24,532 nucleotides of DNA from Thermoproteota archaeon (GTDB lineage Archaea > Korarchaeota > Korarchaeia > Korarchaeales > Korarchaeaceae). The position numbers and the translations under genes are program-made. Below are positions 17,462-24,532 of the stretch, one piece after another. Location of the stretch: positions 1 to 24,532 of the forward strand of contig JAOZFH010000044.1 of the NCBI GenBank assembly GCA_027491415.1, given 5' to 3'. The notes under the pieces were generated by a model. That model was not told the origin of the DNA, did no database searches, and saw only the letters and a program-made list of their open reading frames with translations. The number at the start of each line of letters is the position of its first letter. Position 1 is the stretch's first letter.

Positions 17462-19732
17462 TTGACGGATCTAGTGGAGGCAGTGGCCGAGGGACTGGCA
17501 AGGGAGGCCCTGGAGAGCGGCGAGCGGAGGCTCCTCCTGGTATCGTGCGAGGACAGGCTGGGGGCCCTGGCTAAGGTGGCCAGGGTCTACAGGAGGGTCG
17601 CGGGTGAGGGGGTCAGCGCCCTCTACTCCAACGTCTGGAACGGAGAGGAGGTCCTGGGGAGCCGGAGGTTGGCGAGCCAGATCCCGAGAGACGTTCGCCT
17701 GACGTCCCTGGACTTCGACCGCAGCGAGGAGGCCATGGGGGGAACCTGGGACATTCTCCTCGCGGACTTCTCCGTGCAGATGAGGGCAAACGACATAGGG
17801 AGGCTGGTCGAGACTGTCAGAGGAGGCGGCCTAGTCGTCATGGCCATCCCGCCCGTGGAGGAGTGGCTGAGGACCCTCACGGACTTTCAGAGGCGGCTAG
17901 CCTCGCCGCCGTACCGAGAGTCCGACGTGAGGGCCGAGTTCAAGAAGCGGCTCCTCAAGACCGTGAAGAGCGCCGAGGGCGCCAGGTTCGTGGATCTCGA
18001 GTCTGGCGACGTTACAGGCGCCCCGAGAGTGATTCAGAGGAGGGAGCGTCAGCCCCCCCAAGTGGACGACCCCCTGATGAGCCTGGCCCTGACCCCAGAG
18101 CAGGTGCGAGTGGTGGAGGCAATCGACAGGCTGTCTCGGGCCCCCAACAAGTCCGCACTGCTCGTAGTGGCCAACAGGGGACGGGGCAAGTCGGCCGCCC
18201 TGGGACTGGGAATAGCCCACCTGATGGGGAGGAGGGGCGTTAGGGGTGTGGCGGTTACGGCCCCAGCGGTAGCGGGAGTTCAGACCCTCTTCAGGTTCGT
18301 CTCCAAGGGGCTCGAGGCGCTGGGGATACGCGGAAGGGCCGTCGTGAAGGACGGGAAGACGATGGCCGTCACGGCCAAGGGGAGGTCCGCGTTCTACCTG
18401 ACCCCGATGAGCCTCGTCGACTCCAACGTCAAGGTGAAGGTCGTCGACGAGGCCGCCGGGATCCCGACGCACCTGCTGTTCAAGGTGCTGGGATCGAGCA
18501 GGCTGGCCATCTTCTCCAGCACGATTCACGGGTATGAGGGCGCCGGGAGAGGATTCTCCCAGCGATTCATGGCCAGGCTCGAGACCGCGAGCGGGGTGAT
18601 GGTGGAGAAGGTGGAGATGCGGACCCCGATACGGTACCCCGAGGGCGACCCAGTCGAGAGGTGGCTCTACGACTTCCTGCTGCTCGACGCGGAGCCTGGA
18701 GACCCGCCCGAAGGCGCCTCCCCGGAGGCTGGGGAGTACGTGAAGGTGGACCTGTCCGCCAGCGACGAGGAGTTCCTCAAGAAGTTCTACGGGATCTACG
18801 TCTTGGCCCACTACAGGAATAGACCCAACGACCTCGCCACGCTCCTGGACGCGCCTCACCACTCCGCGCGGGCCCTGTTGATTGAAGGGGAGCCAGTGGT
18901 CTCGGTCCAAATCTGCGAGGAGGGCAGGCTCACCCGGAGATACATCGAGGGCATCCTGAAGAGGACGGAGAACCCGCCCGGGCACATGATACCCTCGAGG
19001 CTGCTGGCGCACTACGGGCACAAGGGGTTCCCCAAGCTCTGGGGCTGGAGGATCGTTCGCATAGCGACCCACCCGGCGCTCCAGCGCAGGGGCCTCGGCA
19101 CGAGGGTCCTGCAGGAGATAGTGAGAGAGGCGCGGGCGGCCGGGGTTGACTGGGTGGGCGCCGGCTTCGGGGTGAGCGAGGATCTCCTCAGGTTCTGGGT
19201 CAGGGCCGGCTTCCTGCCGGTTCACATAAGCCCCCAGAGGAACCCGGTCTCCGGAGAGTACAGCGTCTTCGTCGTCCTCCCCCTCAGCAGGCAGGCCGAG
19301 GACATGTTGAGGGAGATAGTTGGAGAGTTCAAGAGGAGGCTGATCGACTCCCTGCACGATGTCTACTTCGACCTCTCTCCTCGCGTGGGCAGGATGCTCC
19401 TCTCGCCACGTTGGGGGGAGACCAGGCCCAGGCTCAGGTTCAGCCAGAAACTGAGGCTGAAGGACTACCTGACGGGCTACAACACCTACGAGATGGCCTC
19501 AGACGCGGTTTGGGAGATCGCCAGGGCTTACTTCCTCTCTCCCCCCGACGAGAGGCCGCTCACGGAAGAGGAGGAGGTCGCGCTGCTCGCGCGAACCCTG
19601 CAGGGCCGTGGTTGGGGCATGGTCGCCGGACTCCTGAAGGTTAAGAAGGTCGTCAAAGTTATGGACATCCTCAGGGGGGCCGTTAAGAAGCTGGTGATGC
19701 TCTATGGGGAGAAAGAAATCGCTGAGGTTTGA
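17462..19732 (+). CDS. tmcA: RNA cytidine acetyltransferase TmcA/Nat10 (ac4C writer)
   Basis: N-terminal ETVRGGG, helicase-like ANRGRGKSAALG, DEAAGIP, STIHGYEGAGRGF, PIRY..GDP.E.WL, AHYRNRPNDL, and GNAT RIVRIATHP..QRRGLG. Confidence 0.95.
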   Translation: MTDLVEAVAEGLAREALESGERRLLLVSCEDRLGALAKVARVYRRVAGEGVSALYSNVWNGEEVLGSRRLASQIPRDVRLTSLDFDRSEEAMGGTWDILLADFSVQMRANDIGRLVETVRGGGLVVMAIPPVEEWLRTLTDFQRRLASPPYRESDVRAEFKKRLLKTVKSAEGARFVDLESGDVTGAPRVIQRRERQPPQVDDPLMSLALTPEQVRVVEAIDRLSRAPNKSALLVVANRGRGKSAALGLGIAHLMGRRGVRGVAVTAPAVAGVQTLFRFVSKGLEALGIRGRAVVKDGKTMAVTAKGRSAFYLTPMSLVDSNVKVKVVDEAAGIPTHLLFKVLGSSRLAIFSSTIHGYEGAGRGFSQRFMARLETASGVMVEKVEMRTPIRYPEGDPVERWLYDFLLLDAEPGDPPEGASPEAGEYVKVDLSASDEEFLKKFYGIYVLAHYRNRPNDLATLLDAPHHSARALLIEGEPVVSVQICEEGRLTRRYIEGILKRTENPPGHMIPSRLLAHYGHKGFPKLWGWRIVRIATHPALQRRGLGTRVLQEIVREARAAGVDWVGAGFGVSEDLLRFWVRAGFLPVHISPQRNPVSGEYSVFVVLPLSRQAEDMLREIVGEFKRRLIDSLHDVYFDLSPRVGRMLLSPRWGETRPRLRFSQKLRLKDYLTGYNTYEMASDAVWEIARAYFLSPPDERPLTEEEEVALLARTLQGRGWGMVAGLLKVKKVVKVMDILRGAVKKLVMLYGEKEIAEV

Positions 19733-20057
19733 CAGGAGGTACGTGGACAGCATACTCAGGGGAGAGAAGGTCACCACGATCAGGAGGACGACGAGGCTCA
19801 AGCCGGGGGACGTGGTGGACTTGGTGGCCGGGGAAGAGGTGTTTGGCGAGGCCCTCGTGAAGGACGTGAGGAAGGTGAGCCTCTCCGGGCTCACGGACGA
19901 GGAAGCCCGGCGGGACGGGTTCGAGTCCAAGGAGGGGCTGGTGAAGGCCCTGAAGAGGTACTACGGCAGGAGAGTGCTCGAGGATGATCAGCTCTGGATG
20001 ATCGAATTTCAGCTCTTAGAGGGCAGCGACAAAAACTTCGAAGGTGAAAGAGGTTGA
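19704..20057 (+). CDS. ASCH domain protein
   Basis: ILRGEKVTTIR matches the GxKxxTxR signature; LTDEEARRDGF and terminal W.IEF also fit. SD GGTGA at 19693-19697; overlaps tmcA by 29 nt. Confidence 0.9.
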   Translation: MGRKKSLRFDRRYVDSILRGEKVTTIRRTTRLKPGDVVDLVAGEEVFGEALVKDVRKVSLSGLTDEEARRDGFESKEGLVKALKRYYGRRVLEDDQLWMIEFQLLEGSDKNFEGERG

Positions 20058-20067
20058 AGCAGGCGGA

Positions 20068-20136
20068 GGGGGCCTCAGGAGGGATCCAGGATCCTCATCA
20101 ATCGGCGGGCCTAGCGAACTTCCTTCATCGGCCCCC
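20068..20136 (-). ncRNA. Box C/D methylation guide sRNA, predicted target 23S rRNA
   Basis: Minus strand reads GGGGGCC-G-AUGAAGG-AAGUUCGCUAGGCCCG-CCGA(D')-U-UGAUGA(C')-GGAUCCUGGAUCCCUC-CUGA(D)-GGCCCCC: perfect 7-bp terminal stem, exact C' and D boxes. The D' guide is complementary to CGGGCCUAGCGAAC. Confidence 0.85.
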
Positions 20137-20194
20137 CTGAGGGGGGGTCCAAGCCTCCAAAAGAGTTTGCGCCACTGAACGCACTCTGGGGCGA

Positions 20195-21412
20195 TCACTC
20201 CACTATAACGGCCAGAGCCTGACCAGGCCAGTCTTCGGGTATGTAGCCCCACTCGGCTATTTGAATCAGGCCGGTGCTCGCCAGCTCCACGAAGTCAGGC
20301 TTCAAGAGGAGGTTCTTCCTGACGGTCAGCGTCACGAGGCTGGAGCCAATCATCGTCCTATCCTCGGCCAGCTCTCGAACCCTCGACGTCAGAGCGTCGC
20401 CCCACCCCCTGGGCTCTAGTGGAACGGCGCGTCCCCCGAACAGCCTCCTGAGCTTTGACCCCAGCCCAGGCTCCGTGAGCTTTGATGGTGGTAACAGCTC
20501 GAGCCTCGTCCTCTTCCCCTCTCCGAAGATCACAACCCCGAGTGGAACCTTAACCCGTGAGCACGACTCAAAATCTTCCTCCCCCAGCGCGGTCAGTAGG
20601 CTTCTAGACTTCACCTCGCTCTCTAGCTCCCTCTTAAGATTATCCAGAGCCTCTATCGGCTGACCATACCTCGCGTCTACCCCCTGAAGTTCCCTGGACC
20701 TTTCTTCCTCCAGCTGCGCCCTCCTAATCTCGAACTCCTCGCCCTCTAGGTGAAGTTGGGCTTCAGAGATTCTCGCAGCATAGGCCCTTGAGATGGCGGC
20801 CCTCTCTGACTCCGCTAGGGACCTGATCGAGTTGGTTAGAGCCTCCAGCTTATTCAGATAACTCTCGAGGATCTCAACATCTCTTTTGGACCTCACGCTG
20901 ATCTCTTTTAGGGCCGAATAGGAGCTGGTTGCCTTCTCTTGCGTTAGTGAAGGTGGCAAAGTGCCGCCAGGAAGTCCCGAATCTTCTACCGCTTCAGAGA
21001 GGGCCCACCTAATTAGCCGGGGGTCTACCAACCCGGAGAGTTCAACGTCTCTCCTCGCAGACCTTATGCTGGAGTAGGCAAACTCAGCCGACCTCGTCAG
21101 CTGCTCCAGGTCTGGTATGGAGGGCCTATCCAAGAAGGCAAGGGCCGAAGACAGCGCGTCGCGATCCGTTAGGCCGAGTCGGAGGGAGAGTAATCCAGAT
21201 GGGTCCCAAAGGGTGCACCTGCCGTCTACCCTCATCGGCTCTAGGGTGAATTCCACCACTCCAAGCCCGACGGGCTTCTCAGTTTTGGACCATGGAAACC
21301 TGCCTCTCTTGGCCTTGCTCCACGCGAATAGGGTGATGGCCCCGGCCTCCAGCTCGGGTGACGGTGGGGCATTTGGAGCCGCGATAAGGGGGACCCTCAA
21401 GCAGCGCGACAC
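20195..21412 (-). CDS. Hypothetical protein with central coiled coil
   Basis: 405-aa ORF filling the gap, with a charged heptad-rich middle and an AT-rich promoter-like tract at about 21438-21455; no catalytic motif recognised. Confidence 0.75.
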   Translation of the reverse strand: MSRCLRVPLIAAPNAPPSPELEAGAITLFAWSKAKRGRFPWSKTEKPVGLGVVEFTLEPMRVDGRCTLWDPSGLLSLRLGLTDRDALSSALAFLDRPSIPDLEQLTRSAEFAYSSIRSARRDVELSGLVDPRLIRWALSEAVEDSGLPGGTLPPSLTQEKATSSYSALKEISVRSKRDVEILESYLNKLEALTNSIRSLAESERAAISRAYAARISEAQLHLEGEEFEIRRAQLEEERSRELQGVDARYGQPIEALDNLKRELESEVKSRSLLTALGEEDFESCSRVKVPLGVVIFGEGKRTRLELLPPSKLTEPGLGSKLRRLFGGRAVPLEPRGWGDALTSRVRELAEDRTMIGSSLVTLTVRKNLLLKPDFVELASTGLIQIAEWGYIPEDWPGQALAVIVE

Positions 21413-21645
21413 CGGATGTCTAGGCGTGAAGAGATGAGATTAACCTAACTTTTTAGGGGGAACTCCTCAAGCAGCTCTTGGTAGCCGAAATACCGGCTAA
21501 GTTAGAGCAGTTGAACGAGGACTCAAGGAACAGTTCCCTGTAAGCTAAAATCAAGCGTAGGAAGACTCTGTTTATTATTATGTCAATCTTTTTAATGAAA
21601 ACTCAGTGCCCACTCATTGCGGGCGCGGCCCGCAGGGTGACCACT

Positions 21646-22968
21646 ATGGGGACCGTGATTCCGTCTGCTGAGGAGATGTTCCGGATTACGGGAGGGGCCG
21701 CCCCCTCGGAGATGAACCCCTGGTTCAACTTCCTGAAGCTGCTGGAGAGGTCCGCGAAGGTCATGGGTCTCGACACGGGCTACTACAAGATACTCGCCAC
21801 CCCGAAGAGGATCCTCGAGGTTCAGCTGCCCGTCAAGATGGACGACGGCAGAATTGAGGTCTTCGTCGGGTGGAGGGTCCAGCACAACGACGCCAGGGGC
21901 CCGTGCAAGGGAGGCATCAGGTACCACCCCGCCGTCAATGAGGACGAGGTCAAGGCCCTCGCCGCCTGGATGAGCATCAAGACCGCCGTGGTCGACATCC
22001 CCTACGGCGGAGCCAAGGGCGGCATCAGGGTTGACCCGCACAAGCTCAGCCCCAACGAACTCGAGAGGCTCACTAGAAGGTTCGCCTGGGCGATCGCCCC
22101 CATCATAGGCGTCGACAGAGACATCCCCGCCCCTGACGTCTACACCAGCCCAAGGGAGATGGCCTGGATCTACGACACCTACAGCCAGATCGTCGGCTAC
22201 CCCGAGCCCGGCGTTATCACGGGCAAGCCGCTGGAGCTGGGCGGCAGCGAGGGCAGGAAGGAGGCGACCGCCAGGGGCCTGCAGTACACCGTCGAGGAGG
22301 CCATCAAGGTCCTGAACATCGACCCGAAGAAGGCGACCGCCGCCGTGCAGGGCTACGGCAACGCCGGCTACTTCTCGGCCAAGTTCATGCACGAACTCGG
22401 CATGAAGGTGGTGGCCGTCAGCGACAGCAGGGGCGCCATCTACAACCCCGACGGCCTCGACCCCGACGCGGTGCTCAAGCACAAGAAGGAGACCGGCAGC
22501 GTTAAGGACTTCCCTGGAGCCACCAACATCGATCCCGACCCGAGAGTCGGCAACGCCAAGCTCCTGGAGCTCGACGTCGACGTGCTCATCCCCGCCGCCA
22601 TTGAGAACGTGATCACCAAGGAGAACGTGGACAAGATCAAGGCCAAGATCGTGGCCGAGGCTGCCAACGGGCCCACCACGCCGGAGGCCGACCTCGTGCT
22701 CCACGAGAAGGGCATCCTCGTCATACCCGACGTGCTGGCCAACGCCGGCGGCGTGACCGTCAGCTACTTCGAGTGGGTGCAGGCTAGGACCAGGGAGTGG
22801 TGGGACATCGAGACCGTCAGGCAGAAGCTCAGGGTCAGGATGACCAAGTCCTTCAGGGACATCTACAACCTCCACAGGGAGAAGAACATCGACATGAGGA
22901 CCGCCGCCTACTGGCTGGCCATCGACAGGATCGTGGCTGCCATGAGGCTCCGCGGCATCTGGCCGTGA
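21646..22968 (+). CDS. gdhA: Glutamate dehydrogenase (Glu/Leu/Phe/Val family)
   Basis: KGGIRYHP, GGAKGG, DIPAPDV, ITGKP, QGYGNAG, EAANGP and NAGGV motifs; strong GC3 bias. Start moved to ATG 21646 (SD GGGTGA 21635-21640, TATA CTTTTTAA about 21588-21595). Confidence 0.96.
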   Translation: MGTVIPSAEEMFRITGGAAPSEMNPWFNFLKLLERSAKVMGLDTGYYKILATPKRILEVQLPVKMDDGRIEVFVGWRVQHNDARGPCKGGIRYHPAVNEDEVKALAAWMSIKTAVVDIPYGGAKGGIRVDPHKLSPNELERLTRRFAWAIAPIIGVDRDIPAPDVYTSPREMAWIYDTYSQIVGYPEPGVITGKPLELGGSEGRKEATARGLQYTVEEAIKVLNIDPKKATAAVQGYGNAGYFSAKFMHELGMKVVAVSDSRGAIYNPDGLDPDAVLKHKKETGSVKDFPGATNIDPDPRVGNAKLLELDVDVLIPAAIENVITKENVDKIKAKIVAEAANGPTTPEADLVLHEKGILVIPDVLANAGGVTVSYFEWVQARTREWWDIETVRQKLRVRMTKSFRDIYNLHREKNIDMRTAAYWLAIDRIVAAMRLRGIWP

Positions 22969-22970
22969 GC

Positions 22971-23002
22971 CTCCCATCTTTTCCTCTCCCCTCTTTCTCC
23001 TC
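22971..23002 (+). terminator. Pyrimidine-rich terminator after gdhA
   Basis: CTCCCATCTTTTCCTCTCCCCTCTTTCTCCTC immediately after the stop codon. Confidence 0.55.
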
Positions 23003-23060
23003 GTCCGCCGTTGCCTTGACGCGCGATCAACTTTTTTCGGAGGAGGCCCCCGGCAGCTAG

Positions 23061-23666
23061 GTGAGCCTGGTAGATCCAAGAGAGGAGATCGCGAGGGTAT
23101 CCAAACTGCTCTACCTCAGGAGGCTCATCACCGCGGCCGGTGGAAACGTGAGCGTGAGGGCGTCGGAGGACACGTTCTGGATAACGCCCTCAGGGCCCCA
23201 CAAGGGCGTCCTGTCCCCTTCTGACATCGTGCTGATGAGCACCTCCGGCGAGGTGATAGAATCCACGGGTAGGAGACCCTCGTCGGAGTGGAGGATGCAC
23301 GCAGCGGTCTATAAAGTTCGAGGGGATGTGAGGGCCATCGTTCACATACACGGACCGACGTCAACCACTCTCGGGACGCTATCCGGAGTCTTGAGACCCC
23401 TCTCGGAGGAAGGGCTAATCTACCTCGGCGGCGCCGTCAGGTGCATACCCTGGCGCAGGGCTGGGACGTGGGAGCTCGCAGAGGCCGTTGCCGACGCCCT
23501 TCGAGGTGCTGACGTCGTGATAATCGAGCGCCACGGGTCCGTGGCCCTGGGCCCGACGCTCAACATCGCCGCCGCAAGGGCTGAGGCCCTCGAGGAGGCC
23601 GCAGAACTCTACGCCTGGGCCGTAGGATCACCACGGAGGGATTGGAGGTCAGTTCTCTGGCTCTAG
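23061..23666 (+). CDS. Class II aldolase/adducin family protein (FucA/MtnB-like)
   Basis: GGNVS, ITPSG, PSSE..MH, HIH and HG zinc-ligand pattern. Confidence 0.9.
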   Translation: MSLVDPREEIARVSKLLYLRRLITAAGGNVSVRASEDTFWITPSGPHKGVLSPSDIVLMSTSGEVIESTGRRPSSEWRMHAAVYKVRGDVRAIVHIHGPTSTTLGTLSGVLRPLSEEGLIYLGGAVRCIPWRRAGTWELAEAVADALRGADVVIIERHGSVALGPTLNIAAARAEALEEAAELYAWAVGSPRRDWRSVLWL

Positions 23667-24293
23667 AACGACCACCTCGCAGCCCTCTACGAGTTCCGCA
23701 AAGTGTCTCGCGTCCCTCTCTGAGCCCACGATGGAGCCGTAGTGCATCGGGATGACCACCCTGGGTCTGAGCGCCGCGGCCGCCCTTGCGGCCTCCTCTG
23801 CGTCCATGACGTAGGTGCCGCTCACCGGGAGCAGCGCCACGTCGACCTCCAAGTCGGCCATCTCTGGAATGAAGTCGGTGTCCCCGGCGTGATAGATCCT
23901 GATCCCGTCGAGCTCGAAGACGTATCCGACGTATCCCTTGTCCCTCGGGTGAAACTTTCTCCTCTCGGGGCGAACGTTGTAGGCCGGAACGGCCCGCACC
24001 TTCACGCCCGAGACTTCGACCTCTCGTCCGGGAGAGATCTCGATCTTTTCTCCCGGAACAGATTCGAGCTTTTTCAGGCATAAGGACGTTCCTAATATTC
24101 TGGTGCCTGTGTGGGCGACCTTGGCCGCATCGTCGGGGGAGCAGTGGTCGAAGTGATCGTGTGTGATCAGGATCAGGTCGGCCTCCTCTCCCCCCGCGAT
24201 CTCGTAAGGATCAACGTAGATTACCACCGAATCCCGAACTCGAAAGGCCGCGTGGCCGAGCCAATAGATCTTGACGGGACCGATCTCGAACAT
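23649..24293 (-). CDS. Metallo-beta-lactamase fold hydrolase (UlaG/UPF0173-like)
   Basis: WLGHA, IYVDP, THDHFDH, YHAGDT and IPMHYG motifs; ATG 24293 preferred as start; 18-nt convergent overlap with the aldolase gene. Confidence 0.92.
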   Translation of the reverse strand: MFEIGPVKIYWLGHAAFRVRDSVVIYVDPYEIAGGEEADLILITHDHFDHCSPDDAAKVAHTGTRILGTSLCLKKLESVPGEKIEISPGREVEVSGVKVRAVPAYNVRPERRKFHPRDKGYVGYVFELDGIRIYHAGDTDFIPEMADLEVDVALLPVSGTYVMDAEEAARAAAALRPRVVIPMHYGSIVGSERDARHFAELVEGCEVVVLEPEN

Positions 24294-24339
24294 GGTCCCC
24301 ACATGTGGGTCTGGAGACGGGCCCTAATCAACCTTTAGG

Positions 24340-24410
24340 GGGGGCGGTCCCCTGAAGCCAGGCAGCTCATTCGGAGCCTCACCGCCGGGAGCACTGGTCA
24401 CCCCGCCCCC
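24340..24410 (-). ncRNA. Candidate K-turn/K-loop small RNA (C/D- or H/ACA-like)
   Basis: Minus strand reads GGGGGCGG-G-GUGACC...GGCGGUGA-GGCUCCGAAU-GAGCUGCC...GGGA-CCGCCCCC: 8-bp terminal stem and two tandem G-A/A-G motifs. TATA-like TATATA at 24442-24437. Confidence 0.5.
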
Positions 24411-24532
24411 GACATCACCGTCTAGTGTAACTTAGGTATATAGTGATCCCTACGCCCCCCTGGCTCTAACTCAATTGATCCTTGGGGAGAGCCCACACAC
24501 CCAGCCTACGCTGTCAATCTCGCGCGCGAAAG

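Noticed and set aside
17897-19357. 486-aa antisense ORF in tmcA
   Set aside because: Antisense shadow of a GC3-biased gene; no recognisable domain.
21592-23079. 495-aa antisense ORF spanning gdhA
   Set aside because: In-register antisense frame kept open by extreme codon bias of a highly expressed gene.

Overview
GC-rich archaeal DNA (BRE/TATA promoters, many apparently leaderless genes, GGTGA/GAGGT Shine-Dalgarno sites, AGG-rich Arg codons). A thermophilic TACK-type lineage such as Korarchaeia is an inference only. In order, the window holds: (1) a type IV pilus locus with one putative major pilin, four pilin-like proteins (one carrying a low-GC insert with 16 Cys), a VirB11/ArlI-type ATPase and a TadC/ArlJ-type membrane platform; (2) an acylphosphatase fused to a coiled coil with a 30-nt-period duplication; (3) an Lhr helicase plus metallophosphoesterase pair; (4) a Mo/W-cofactor cluster (DUF364-like, moeA, TauE/SafE, moeA-PBP, moaB); (5) a Yip1 - TmcA/Nat10 (ac4C writer) - ASCH operon bracketed by two unannotated box C/D-like sRNAs whose guides match my recollection of conserved 23S rRNA domain V sequences; (6) a coiled-coil hypothetical gene, glutamate dehydrogenase, a class II aldolase, an MBL-fold hydrolase and a third K-turn RNA candidate. 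Best novelty candidates: a possible ac4C writer plus eraser/reader pair (TmcA + YqfB-like ASCH), the guide sRNAs, and the Cys-rich variable pilin domain. All family calls come from motif recognition, not database searches.
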